DNA from: the human T2T-CHM13v2.0 reference genome, Homo sapiens
Reading direction: 5' to 3' (one strand)
Length of the DNA stretch: 64,000 bases
NCBI RefSeq assembly: GCF_009914755.1
Contig: NC_060934.1
Shown here: positions 30,095-44,408 of the stretch, piece by piece
Position numbering within the stretch: the stretch's first letter is position 1
Layout: each line of letters begins with the position of its first letter
Translations under genes and position numbers: made by a program
Notes under the pieces: generated by a model
The model's database searches: none
Told to the model about the DNA's origin: nothing
The model's input: only the letters and a program-made list of their open reading frames with translations

Positions 30095-30305
30095 GGTAAT
30101 AAAAAGGAATGAACTACTGATACCTGCTACAACATGGAGGAACCTTACAATCATTATGCTGCATACAAAAAAGCCAGACATAAAGGATTACATACTGTAT
30201 GAGTTAATTTGTATTAAATGCTCAGAATAGAAAAATCTATAGAAACCTAAAAATAGGTTCATACAAAGTAGATTAGTGGTTTCCTACAGCTGCGGTGGTT
30301 GGGGA
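30095..30305 (+). mobile_element. L1M 3' fragment
   Basis: 'aataaaaaggaatgaactactgatacctgctacaacatggaggaacctt...agtagattagtggtttcc'. Confidence 0.8.
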
Positions 30306-31136
30306 GCGGACTGAAGGGATTTCCCCAGACACTCCAATCCATGTGTCTGGGTGTTACGATAACCATGATAATAAAAGCCAGGGAGACCTCAGTTTGGGTT
30401 AACAGGGAGGTTAACCTCATTTTCATGCTTTGTTTTTCAACCCTTATTACTGACTGGTTCTGCCACGATCCTTAAAACATGCTCTTAGCAAATTTTATTT
30501 TTAGTAACTATCACTTAGTCTTTCTCCCCAGCTTTTTCCCACTTTCCTCCCATCCCTTAGATCCCATCTCTCACATCTGTATGTTTTACCCAACAGGATG
30601 GAAAGAGAACAATGTGTGGGGGCAGATTTGGTACCTGTCATGGCCTTGACCTCTGGCATCAGGCTTCCTCTCCCTAAACACCCCAGCCAGGCTGCACTTT
30701 CCTCCATGACTCAGGTGAACCTTCCTCTGTGCCACCACGTGGACTTTGCAAATTCTGTTTCTCCTATCTGCAACATTCTCTCCCATTCTCCTCCCACCAG
30801 TCTTCTTTCATCATGGATGAAGGATGACTCTTATTCTTCCTCCTAATCTCAAGCCAAGCATTCTTCTCGGAAGCCTTTGTTGATCTTTAATCCCTTGGCT
30901 CTCATAGCAGAATGTGTGCAGGGCAGGTATATTAGAATTTCTGTAGGTTAAACTCATAAACTGTGGGACTTTGTTGACTAGGTGACATCAAGGGAAACAG
31001 AGGCAGGCTTCTTCTGTGGAATAATTGTGCATCCTTCCTGCCCTTCTAGGGGTCCTGACTATCTCCCCAGCCCCCAGCCTCCCAGGCTCCAATCTGCAAC
31101 AACAAAGAGATAGAAGCTCTGATAAGAAACACAGGT

Positions 31137-31258
31137 GGCTGGGCGGGTGGTGTGCTCTGTAGTCCCAGCTACTCACAAGGATCCCCTTGAGCCCAGGAGT
31201 TCAAATTCAGCCGGGGCAACATAGCAAGACCCCATCTCTAAAACAAACAATCAAAACA
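31137..31258 (+). mobile_element. FLAM-type Alu monomer
   Basis: 'ggctgggcgggtggtgtgctctgtagtcccagctactc...ttgagcccaggagttcaa...gcaacatagcaagaccccatctct' plus an A-rich tract; single arm only. Confidence 0.88.
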
Positions 31259-32029
31259 GAATTTCTTTGCTAATTACTTTTGACATAAAAAAACAAAAGA
31301 AAGAAACACAAGTGATTGTAGCACCAGGACCCCTGAAGCTAGCTGAATATGTTCCTGCCTCTGGCAGAGTAAATGTTCTCTACTTTTGAGTCAGACCAGT
31401 GAAGGCCAACCTTCGTCTTAGGAAGAAGTTGTGGTGCCAACATAAGCTTTGGAGCCAAACAGACTTAGTTTAACTACCAGCCTTTACCTAGTTTTTGGTG
31501 CTCCCATTGACTAGTCTGCGGCAACAGATGAGTTAAAGGAGATGTTGGGTGTGTATCCTAACACACTGCACAGGCTGTGTTGCAGAATAGTCAGTAAATG
31601 TCCATTTTCTTTCTTCACATACACCTTCTTCTTTCTGCACCAATAATTTAAGTAAGAACTTTCTATTTTCTCCTCTACCAATCTCAGAACTGTCTAGATA
31701 GAAGTTAAAACCACCTCACTCTGGCTCGAGGAGGAGGGAGAAGGAGGCAGGGTTTCATTTCAAGATCAGTCAGCCCATTGCAGCTGGCTGTCCTGCAGCT
31801 TCAGGAGAAACACCAGTGGTCCCACAGCTAACCGAGATGGTGCCTGTCAGGCACAACAGCTTGATAGGGACAGCCGCATTCCCTGTCAGATTCTTGATAA
31901 AGTACAGCACATGCCAGGAATTCTGTGGGCCCTTCAGGCACTTGTGCTGTTGACACCCCTATGGCTCAAAATCAGAAGCTGTCTCTGAATTTGATGAGGT
32001 GGTAGAGTTGGATCCTTTGGCATTGAGGG

Positions 32030-32520
32030 AAGAATGGCAGAACGTGGGTGTTTGCAAACACTTCTGTCCACTTATGTATACTGCAGATACTTAATGGAGT
32101 GCTCATCCTGTGCTGGGATAGAACTGAGACAAAAACCAGATAGTAGCTGCTTTCAGGGAACTTAACAATGTCAGTTAATGGGGGAGACAGGTATCCATTC
32201 ATAATCATCCCCAATGAATGTGAACCCAAAATGAAATAAGGGCATGGAAGAACATAACACAATTCTAGAAGAGCTGCTCACAAAAGATCAAGGTGAAAAG
32301 AAGTTTCTCAAGAAAGTCGCACTGGAGCTGGCATCTGAAGAATGAGTAGGTGCTATTTGGGTGAAAGGCGTGTGCTGTGGGAAAGGGATGGGAAGAAGAG
32401 GAGAAAGAGAGAACAGCATGTGCAAACAGAGGGAACAGCACATGCAAAGCCCAGTGGCAAGAAAGACTATGGCGTGGTGAAAAATTGGGCTAAAGACAAT
32501 ATGACCAGGGCTGGACACTG
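32030..32520 (-). mobile_element. L2 fragment
   Basis: 'agaacagcatgtgcaaacagagggaacagcacatgcaaagccc', typical of antisense L2. Confidence 0.72.
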
Positions 32521-32873
32521 AGGGTGAGAGTGAAATGCAGCATTGGGGAAGAGAAAGTCAATTCCTAATTGTTCAGGAAAGGTGACTGGGTGATAGGCAT
32601 GACCAGAAGAAGAGAGGTTTCCTATGAAACTCTGTACTGGAAATAGAGCTGCCACAATAGGCAACAAGAACTAAGGTACCTAGAACAAAATGCTCTGTCA
32701 TTTTGTTCCCTGGGAGAGTAGAGTAAAATTCAATTGAACAGAGGTTGAGACAGCCTATTGATAATTTAAAGAAAAAAATTTTAATGGGCTAGGTCATCAT
32801 ACAGGCATATTAAAATGTAAAACAGCAGAACCAAATCAAATTTCTCTTTGACAGGCTTGCCCTGGTTTTATAA

Positions 32874-33236
<363 letters not shown>

Positions 33237-34089
33237 TAAATGCCAGTGTCATTCTTCTGTAAATATATGTAATTGCCATTTAAAGAACTCTCAAATTAAG
33301 GTTATAACAGCTAGTGATAAACATTCCTTCATTTCTCACAATATTATAATAGAGAAGAGGACCAGCATTAACAAACTGGCTTTTCCTGTTCTCCCGAAAC
33401 AGTCTTAAGTGATCTCATTTATCATGAATTTCTGTAAGCATTAACAGTTTGTAAAATGAGTTAATTATGTTCTTTGGAGGTTTAATAAAATCTACCAAGT
33501 TAAGTAATATCCCGATGCTCTTGAAATTTACCCAGAAAACTTTAAAGAAAGAAATAAATGCATTCGACTGAGCAGAACATCATGTATATTTTTAGAAAGC
33601 ATACATTATCTCACAATACTTATGCTAAATATGTAAGAAAATTTCTGATAGACTCTAAATCAAGTCTAGTTGTAAAAGGATCTCTCCTCTAAAGTTTTTT
33701 TTTTAATCTTCGTATCAATGTATAAATATTGGCATCTATGCAAGCCAAATATATTCCAAATCCAAAAGCTTTGGCAATCCAAACTTTGAGAGAAAGAATA
33801 ATAAAATCTAACCTTTAATGAGAAAAAGTAGGAATTTCAAGAACATGCATCTATTTTCTACAGGCAGTGGTATGAGAGAAATAGAACAGACACTGAAACA
33901 GGTGAAAATTAAGATGTTACATAGGGATGGCATATGGGACTCATTAAGTTTAGGATGGTGTTTTGCCCTTCTTTAAAATGTGTTTTTCTTTTCCCCCACC
34001 ATAAACTCAATTTGCCCCAGGTAGTAAACTGAAATGACTGGAATTTTCTCTGATTAGATTTCTCTGGGGCTGTTACTGGGTGTTACCAA

Positions 34090-34310
34090 CATGGCATAGG
34101 GGTGAGGTGCCAGGCTCTGGAGTCAAATTGCCTGTGCTCAAATGCTGCCTCTGCCCCTTACTGGCCATGTATTTTTGGAAAAGCCAGTTACTATCTCTAA
34201 GTTCCAGCTTCCTCATCTTTAAAGGAAGAGGTTTGTTATTATGCATACCTCATGGGTTGTTCAGATGATTAAATGAGATGTGTGAAAAGTACTTACTTAG
34301 CACAGTGCCT
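34090..34310 (+). mobile_element. MIR
   Basis: 'ggctctggagtcaaattgcctgtgctcaaat...catacctcatgggttgttcagatgattaaatgagat'. Confidence 0.8.
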
Positions 34311-34509
34311 CTGTAAAGGACAGCGATCAGTATTCCCCTGGTGGAAACAGTGGCCATGTTTACAAGATGAAGGAGGAACCAGTCCTTACTGCCTCCCTGT
34401 GTAATCAAAGTAGTCATTATCTCCTATTGCCAGGGTTTCCTTATCTCTATCACTCATGTCCTGTCCTGACAACATATTTATAATGGGACTCTACCTACAC
34501 AATTAATTG

Positions 34510-34900
34510 TGTAATTTTTTTTCTTTAAATCTCATTCTTTAAAGTTCAATTTTTAAATTGAACTTTATTTCACTACCACAAATGGAAAGCCCATCTCACT
34601 TGCTATAACTAGAAGGTAATTCTAAACATACAGCAAAAAAGAAAACCCAGATCATTTAAACGCCACCTCGATCTTGTCACCCCAACAAAGACTCAGAGCC
34701 TGAGAGCGGAGGCTGATTGCCAAAGTTTAGAGAGGTGTTAAAGACCTGGTAGAACCTAGGGAAGACATTCTCTCTGTGTTAAAGAGAATGTAAAAGAAAA
34801 CATAACCCTCTCCTCATTGGAGTCTGTGTCATCCTATGCTGGGTCAGGCCACCACCTAAAATTACGCCATATGCCCCTGGTAATACCCATCTCTCACGTT
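34510..34900. mobile_element. Old hAT-Charlie element (MER113-like)
   Basis: 'aaatggaaagcccatctcacttgctataactagaaggtaa...agagaggtgttaaagac...ccacctaaaatt' resembles the consensus as I recall it. Confidence 0.55.
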
Positions 34901-36889
34901 GTTATCTAGAGTGATTTCCATTGTAGTTTATGGAGTTTTATGCATAAACAGACAGTGTTCTGTGATACCTAAGAATACTTCCAAAATTCCCATGGAAGGA
35001 GGCTCCCAATTAATTCCAGTCCATTCATTTTTAAAATTGCTGAGTGAGGCATTAGAATTCATAGAATTTGCAGACCTGTGAATTCCCCTAGCCAGCAGCA
35101 ATCTTATTAGCATATCCGTAAGTCTTTGCAAATTTGACTAGGGACGGTGTGTGTGTGTGCGGGGGGGGGTTCCATTCTTACTTTATGCATCCTCATTTAT
35201 ACACCCTCCTCTCTCTTGAGGTTGAGTTTCTAAGCTGATAGATCATACCTTCCATCTCTGTCCATAAATGCCTTTGACCCAAATATCATGCAAGTCCAAT
35301 GGTACACATGTCCTCTAAAACACCCTAAGTGGAAAGCATTGCCTGTTGAGGATTAGAGTAGACATATAATCACGTTTCATACTGAGCTATGGCCTTCATC
35401 CAATACAAATGCCACATTCACTTAGGAAGGGTGTGTATACATGGGAAACAGCAGGGGAATCAAGGACAATTTCCTGAATCAGCCTGCTCAGCAAATCCAA
35501 ACTCATTCAGCCACAAACCCAGTTCATTCATGCATCAGGGTTTGCACTGCTCTAATAAGATGAATGGAAATGCAAAGACAACACTTGGAGGGAGTCCTCT
35601 CCGTGCACTGAGACCCTTGTCTGAAAATACAAGCAACTGCTGCTGCTTCACACTCAAAGAGCCAAACATTTTGCATGGATAATTCAGAAGCAGTACGTCA
35701 CTGCCCCATACACAATCCTCATGTTAAGGGAGCCTGCATCAGGAAAGCACAGACTATCTACCTACACAAAGAGGTCATTGCAAATTCCTCCTCTCCTTCC
35801 TGTTGCATTCACTTTAGCAATTTTATTACAGAAGAGACTGTCTAGTCCAGAAGCTTGCTCAGTGATGAAAGAAGCCAATTTGGGATCCTAAATTTGACTA
35901 TAGAGCATTCATATGGACAACTGGGAATTACCTGGTTTGTGAACTAAGCAAAAGCCAAAACTCTAAACACCTTCTGAGCATCTATGAAAAAGTATTTCCA
36001 AATCACAAGCATTCATTTTTTAGATGGGAGTTGGCATGAGGATCTCCTGCAAAGAGAGAGAGAGAGGTTTCCTGGCATGGGATGGGGAGTGCTGAGCACC
36101 AAGACACATGTGCAAGCTGAAAGCACACCAAGTGCTCTTCTCTGCATCCAGCACCTCACACACATTAACTCAAAGGGCTGACAAGTCCCTGGATCACTCA
36201 GCAGGCAGGCAGCAAACTCTCAGAGCAAACAGAGTTACTGCTGCCTTATCTTGAGCTCCACTATTAACACACTTGTCATCACTAAGCCAGGTTGTTAGTC
36301 TCTGGAACAATTTGATGGAAAGGGCAAACACCAGAGAAAAACAAGTTGACCCAGATGGGCTGGCAGAGGGGATCAAGTGGCAATAAACTCCGTTATCACT
36401 CCTGGTTGGCAAACAAAAAGCTCTGCCTACGCATGCATTCCAGTTAACTATGGACTTCCCCTCATACATGCATGGAAGGCCATTATGCAGAGAAATGGGC
36501 ACAGCAAATCACACTAAACACTGAAACTCTGCTGAAGTGACTCCAGTGACTTGGAGTTGTTGATCTAAAAATTGCTTATTCTTGCCTTGACAATAAAATC
36601 AGAGTCCAAGTTAATAAAGATTTCTAGTTAGCAAAGTCCCCAAGAGCAAACAGTTTATTCAGATCACCAGCTTTCTGCTTTGCAGTGTGAAGAGATTAAG
36701 GGTCCAGGGACACTCCTAGTTCTGGTTCTGCCTGTGTACATCACTGAGCCTTTGTAGACCTCAGCTTTATTCCCTGTGAGACTTAGACTGATCAGCAGTT
36801 CTCAATCTGAATGTGATGACAGAGTAGCAGAGGTGGCCGAATATAGAATCCTCAAAATTAACTTACAACCAAAGGCTGGTATCTGTCAG

Positions 36890-37090
36890 TAGCTTTACAT
36901 GTATTGACTAATTTAATCTTCACAATAAACCTGTGAAGGAGGTACTATTATCATCCCTATTTTACCAGTGGGGTAACCAAGGCTCAGAAAGGCTGACAAC
37001 ATGCAAGGGTCACCCAGCCAGCCAGGTGCAGAGGTGAGACTAGGAATCATGTGGTCTGTCTCCAGAAATGCTGCTTTTAACTACTCAACT
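36890..37090 (-). mobile_element. MIR
   Basis: 'tttaatcttcacaataaacctgtgaaggaggtactattatcatccctattttac...ggctcagaaagg'. Confidence 0.82.
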
Positions 37091-38299
37091 CTTCATAATC
37101 TAGTGCCTCTCAATAATGGTTAATAATAGCTATCAGTATGGCCAATTGATGGCCTGATTAGAGGAGATCTGAGGCTTGAAATAAAAGGCTACTGATACTC
37201 GCATTTTAACAAGCTTTTTTTGAGAGACAAAGAAGTGGAGTTTCATAACATAACCTGGAGTTTGCATCTCAAAAGTGAACACCATCCACAAGGCCAGGCA
37301 AGAAGAAAGGTTGGCACTGGCTGACCACACAATGTGGTTGGTTCCACCTCACTTAGCCATGGAGTCTATGATTCCTTGGTGCTATGAGAAAGAATGCTGC
37401 AATCTGCTCACTCTCATTTTGGGAGGACCAAAGCCCTGCCTAGCAGCAATGACAATCCTGGCCCTAACACAGCTGGGAGCCTCTTGACAGGCTTATCTCC
37501 TCCAGCTCCCCAGGAAGTCTCCCATTGGCTGTCAGATCAAGATCACCAAACCCATTCTCCTAATTAGCTCCTTGGCAGGCAAACCACACAGGAGCAGTTC
37601 CCTTTCCACCTTGAACCCAGCAGACAGTCCCACTCCCCAGCATCAGCCAGCCCCAAAGGCACAGGGCTCCCCTAAGGCCTGCATGCCCTAAGTGTCTGAG
37701 AGGACCCCATGACTACAGCACATGTCACTAAGTCCCTAACATTCCAATCATCAGCAGGCATCTGTAACTCCAGCCGGCGTCCCTCCAGGTATGCAAATGC
37801 CATCTGCCCTTACATGAGGGAAATGGACAGCAGCGGAAGTTACCAAGGACCCACAAGGTGTCAGCATCTGGGACAGAAATGAAGTTCCCTCCCTATCACC
37901 AACTTCTCTTTTAAAGAACCACTCAAACCCTGCCAAGCTTGTACAAGAGGAGTAAATAACAAAATGACACAGATGACCCATAAAGGATGTATATTTGCTT
38001 AAATGAAATAATAGAGTACTTCACAAGTGCCTGGTCCATGTAAGACTTTTGTTTTGTTTTGTTTTAATGGCTATTTCAATATAACACTAATTTAATAGAT
38101 ATAGTTTAAATATAAGGGACTGTAAATAGAGTCTTCAAAATAGTACATCAAAAATTTCCTTCATGATGAAATAGATGGCCTACTATGCTTATCCAGAGTT
38201 ATCCTTGCAAATTTCTACCTGTAGATATTGTTCGGCAAATAGGCAAGTTCAATGGATTGTTGATTTTAAATAAAAGTTCTAACTGAGAAAAAAAAAGTA

Positions 38300-38572
38300 A
38301 GCCCATAAGAGAAACCAGTTTCAAAAGGCCACATCCTGTGGATTCTCCTTATTTGACATTCTTGAAAAGATAAAGCTATGGTGATGAAAAACAGATCCCT
38401 GGCTGCCAGGGGTTAGAGATGGAAGGAGGCGGTTCGATGCGGTAAAGGCACAGTTCCACTGATTATAGTGGTGGTTACACGCCTCCATACATTTGTGAAA
38501 ATTCATAGACCTACACACCAAATTTTTTTAAAAAGTCAATTTTATTTTATGATTACCTAAAAAATAAAAATG
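38300..38572 (+). mobile_element. L1MC/MD-type 3' end
   Basis: 'gtggtggttacacgcctccatacatttgtgaaaattcatagacctacacacc...gtcaattttatt' followed by an A-rich tail. Confidence 0.78.
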
Positions 38573-39079
38573 TTTACAAGGCCCATGAATTGGGTTGTCT
38601 CTAAAAGATGACTTTTCTTCATATTTCTTCCAAATTGGTTCATATTTAGAGCACTATTGATTATCTAACAAAATTTTAAATGGAAATAGTTGCAGTGGAG
38701 ATTAAATGAAATAACATATTAAACTGCTTTTGAAATAAAAAGGGCATGGAGGATGTCATAGAAGTAGCGGTGCTTGCAGTAAGAAGTCAAATCAGACTTT
38801 ACAACCTTGTTAAATGAGGGACTGAAGGCCTGGGGTCCCCACCACTCCTTCCCGTGAGCCAGTGCCCTTCGCACTCCACTTTCCTTATGTGTGAAAAGGG
38901 GCACCTGAGGAAGGGTTGTATCTTCAAGCACTTTAATCCCATTACCCAATTATTCACGTGCACAGACCCATAATTGGGAGTTAGATGTTTTCCTTCAGTG
39001 CTCAAAATAGAGCAAGTTTGTCCCTCAAAACCAAAAGTACTCAGGTCATGAATGAAGGCTGAAGAAATTCTGATCTCGC

Positions 39080-39089
39080 GGGAAATTCC
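39080..39089 (+). promoter_or_regulatory. Canonical NF-kB motif GGGAAATTCC
   Basis: Exact match to the GGGRNNYYCC consensus in non-repeat sequence; function untested. Confidence 0.4.
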
Positions 39090-40779
39090 ACTTTCTGACA
39101 ACCCTGATGGTACCTCTGAAAAAAACAAACACAATGACTGCTTTTGAAGGGCAGGAGACAGAAAGACTTAACCAGTACTTTTCAAAGGGAGGAAAATTCT
39201 GTGTCATCGTAAGCTTGAATAAACCCAGTGCTGTGAATTGCCAAAGGAGAGGTTAACTGTTTTGAAAGCTGTGGCATTTTTCTCATCAGTGTCTCATGAG
39301 GCTGGCCAGGAGGGGCAGTTGGAAAGAAGGCTCGCAGATTTGATATTCAGGAAGTCCACCAGACATGCAGCATTCTTGACAAGATGCCTTTCACCTAATG
39401 TCATATTAGCAATTCAGACAGAAACCCAGGAAAGTTAGCACACACATATGCCCCACGCTACACATGAGCCCTCCTCCCAAACCACAGCTTCCCGTGCCTC
39501 TCTTCCCCATGAATTTAGTACCAGCCTCCAAGGGTTTCTGCCTTCCTTTCTGCAAGTCAATTGAAGTAACTTCCAGAAATGCCTTAATTACAGGCCAGTA
39601 TCACTGTCATTAGAGGTTTAAATAAAAAGTCCCCGGATTCTAACCTGCTGAGATTTCTTGTATGAAATGTACTTACGGAACTTTGATAAAGTACCAGTCA
39701 ACTCTAACACTTAAATGGGAAAAACTGTTGCAGCTCAAAATTCAACTCTCATGCAAAACTCCAGGGATGAGGCAGCAAAGGTACCACCTCAGCAAGAAGA
39801 AAAAGGAAGAGAGAAAAAAGAAAAACAGGTACTCCATAAATTACCCACATAAATCAGTTTAGGCAGACTACAATTTTTTTTAACACAGAAAACGCTTAAA
39901 GGAAAATTCACAGAAAATCCATGATTACTCCTTTAGCAGGGCGAAATGTCCCAATAAGAAGGAGATGTATTAATGGGTGGCCAACCACCTCTTTTGCTCC
40001 AGTCGCCTTCCGTGGAGAATAATCAACAGAAGGAAATCTAAAAATCAACATAGAGAGGCTGCGGTGAGCTGCTTCATGGGTCCTGGGATAGGGGGCATCT
40101 GAACTATTTCCCAGCGTCTGGGGGAAAAGGAGTGAACATTTTCAAGTGCCTCATATGTGCTGGTGCTTTACTTGGGCTGTTTATTTCATTTTTTCATGTT
40201 CTTTCAAGGTGTTCTTAATTCTGCCTTACAGACCAGTGGAGGCTCCAGTATGTTAGATAAATTCCCCAGGGGCACCAGTTAAGGATCACTAGGAATGCGG
40301 AATTCCCCTCCAGCTCAGCTCTGCCCTGAACATCTTGATGCCAGGAGTAAATCCAGGGCTCTGAGAAGGGTCCCAAATGTTACAAACTTTAAAATTGAAC
40401 TAAGCGATGAAAGTTTAAAATTGTCTTCAAAGGAATTCCTCAAGTAACATAACCCTGCACATATAAAAGTGTCAGCAGGCTCAGATTAAAGGGCTCATGA
40501 AAGAGGGTTATTTCCAGAGATAAGAATCCTTCATCCTCCTCTGGGCAGGGCAGCAGAGATAGAAGGCACAGCCGGCTGAGACCCCGCCGGGCCTCAGGAA
40601 GTCTCCACTGTTAAACCCAGCCTGCAAAGCCCTTCCCTCTTAGGGATCCACTCCATTAGAGTTGACCTGAAAGCTGACTCCTTTGGAGTGGTGCATTCCA
40701 TTAATTCATCCATCCAACAATTGCTTGCTGAGGACCTAGTATGTGTCAAGACAGCTGGAGATAGAGCAAGGCACCAGTC

Positions 40780-41175
40780 ATTTCAGTGTTTTCAGATGAA
40801 TTCCCCACCTATTGCCTGCTCTATTCTTAATCACAGGGGCGGCCCCCACTATGTTTTCTGGCACTGTTGCCAACTGGATCATACTGGATTTGGCCAGTGG
40901 AAGCACTGGGCAAAGCCCAGAGGGCGGAAGGAAGGGAGAAGTTGGAACCTGTCCCTCTCCTGTCTGTTCTTCAGCCATGATTAGGTCTCCTCCATGATAC
41001 CACCTCCTCTTTTTGTCCTTCCAGGCCCCAGCTCCTTTCTCTTGTCAACCTCCGGGTTGCCCTACAGTGACCTACTTAGCCATTCCACTCTTCTGATGCT
41101 AGGGTAATAGTTCCCTACATTAAATATACTCTCTTGAGCCACTTTGTTTTCCTGGCTGGGTTCTGACCTCTACAA
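40780..41175 (+). mobile_element. Degraded ERVL-type LTR (LTR33-like) within an antisense L2 (~40700-41620)
   Basis: 'ggatttggccagtggaagcactgg...ccctacattaaatatactctc...gttttcctggctgggttctgac'; L2-like sequence on both sides. Confidence 0.5.
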
Positions 41176-43022
41176 GCATTGAATCTGACTAGCCAGATCC
41201 CTGCCCTCTTAGAACTTACATTCCAGTGGGCAGGAATACAATAAGCAAGTAAGCATTCAAATACATGAATAAGAACAGTTCCTGATCATGTTAGGATTAT
41301 GAAGGAAATTAGCATCGAGGTGGCAGGATTTGGGGGTGGAGAGCTATATCAGCTGGTAAGGGGATATCTCTGCTGAGATCTGAAGAACGCAATGGATCTA
41401 CCTTTGAAAGGCCAGGAGAAGAGCATGGCAGGCAGAGGGAACAGTAGGTCAAAGGTCTCCCAGGAAGAACTAGCTTGGTGTGCTTCAAGAGCCTCCAGAA
41501 GCCAATGTGGCCAATGCATCTGAGCAATGGGGGATGTGTCAGGGGCCAATGCCATGGGAAGGAGTTTGGAACTTACAATTGATTTCATTTACATTTAAAA
41601 AGATCACTTTGGCCAATGTATAGGGAATTTTCCTCATTGTTTATAAAGAGAGACCCTTAATGCCTCACCCTGTCCAGGCATATCCCCATCTTGAAGGTCT
41701 AAGAGAGAGCTACCCCTCCTAATGAGTTTGCACAACAAGAATGGGGGGGACAACCATAGCTCCTAAAGCATGGTTCTGAGGGAGAAACGGTGGTTCCCTT
41801 GATATCAGCTCTACCATGTTCTGAGGCCATGGTACAGAAGAGGTAACCATTCATGTGCATGACAGCCCTGACTCTCAGGGGAATTGTGGGTTCCTTTCTT
41901 AACCATTCTGGAAGGTTCCTGGTGAAAGGACTGATGCACATCCACATAGCCTTGCATTCCAAGGTGATCCACTGGACCGTCTAGACTTTTATCTCTGGAC
42001 CCTGGGAGTTGCAGACACTGTATCAGAACCTCCAACCTGCCCCTTGGCCTGCCAGAAAGCTGAAAGTTTCCATGCCTCTGCTTTCCAGCTCTTTCTCTGC
42101 TACATCAGAGAGCCCCTTTCTCATGTCCTCAAAGTGACAAATGTATGCTGCCAAGCAAGGCTGAGGGAAAGAAGGAAATAGAAATGCAGTCCCCATCATG
42201 CATTCTTTCCCAAAATGCGACTAATCTGGCATTTAGGTTGTTTGCTCCTTTAATCAGAATGCCATTAAGAAATCTCTGCCGGGTTTCTGTACACAGTTTT
42301 TCTCTAATGAAGCATCAAATCTCTTTCACAAACAATAGCTGTGTCACATCCAAGCACCCTGGCCCCAGCCGGTGTGGCTGCAGTCTCTGCTAAATGTGCT
42401 GCCTCTTTCAGGTCTGTTCCTCCCAGAATAGCCCGCCACTGCGGTACTCAAATCAAAGTCTCGACACTGTCTAGCTCCAGCAACGTGGACAGACAAAAGA
42501 AATCAGAGGTTTTCAAGAAGACATAGTGCTGTGTCCCTAGAATTTGACAGAATAGCTTGGAATATGATGTTTAATGAATAGCCTTACTAGTGAACATGTT
42601 TGTCCTGGCTTCAACTCTGGGCCCAGGTTTGCAGTGGCTCACCCAATGGGTGTACTTATCATCCTTGACTTAACCCCCAACTAGTGAGCTATTTCCTGGA
42701 GGGTGGACCTTGTCAGAGGCAGAACTATAATGAGATGTCCCCAGAGCTATTAGTGAATAACATGGCAGAGCCCTGCTGAGCATGGTGTTTGACCAGGCCC
42801 AGGTGCCATGGTCTCTAAGCATATGTTCATATATACATCTTGGAAGGCAATGCAGCAACAACTATCATTATTTAAGGTGCACATAACCTGGGACCCAAAA
42901 ATGCCATTCATAGGAGTTTACCCCATAGATACACTGGCACATGTGTGCAAAGACCAATGTAAGAATGCATTTGCTGTTACATTGTTTATTACAGCACAAG
43001 ATTAGAAACAATGTTACAATCA

Positions 43023-43433
<411 letters not shown>

Positions 43434-43439
43434 TCATTA

Positions 43440-43746
<307 letters not shown>

Positions 43747-43886
43747 GAGAGTAGTGTGAAAGTGCACCATCATTTTTTAAATGGGAAAATTATACATAGA
43801 CACGCATATATGTGTGCACATACGCTTGTATGTGCATAGATTCTCACTGAAAGTGTACACTAGAGATTGTTAATAAACAGTTTTCA

Positions 43887-44200
<314 letters not shown>

Positions 44201-44408
44201 AAACAGTTTTCAGCTCTGGGAAGGAAAAATGGGGCATTAGAAACTGGGGATGAAGAGATATTTTAAAGTATATGATTTCAAACAAATTAACTTTTTTTTA
44301 TTTTTACAAGTACATACTTAATCTCTTTAAAAGTAATTTTGTAAAAGGGCAAAATGCAGTGCTCCCTGAGGCTCTGGTAAATAAACCGAGAAATCACTGA
44401 CTGGAAGT

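Noticed and set aside
31137-31300. BC200 (BCYRN1) retrocopy
   Set aside because: It lacks the C-rich unique 3' domain of BC200, and the 5' end is FLAM_A-like.
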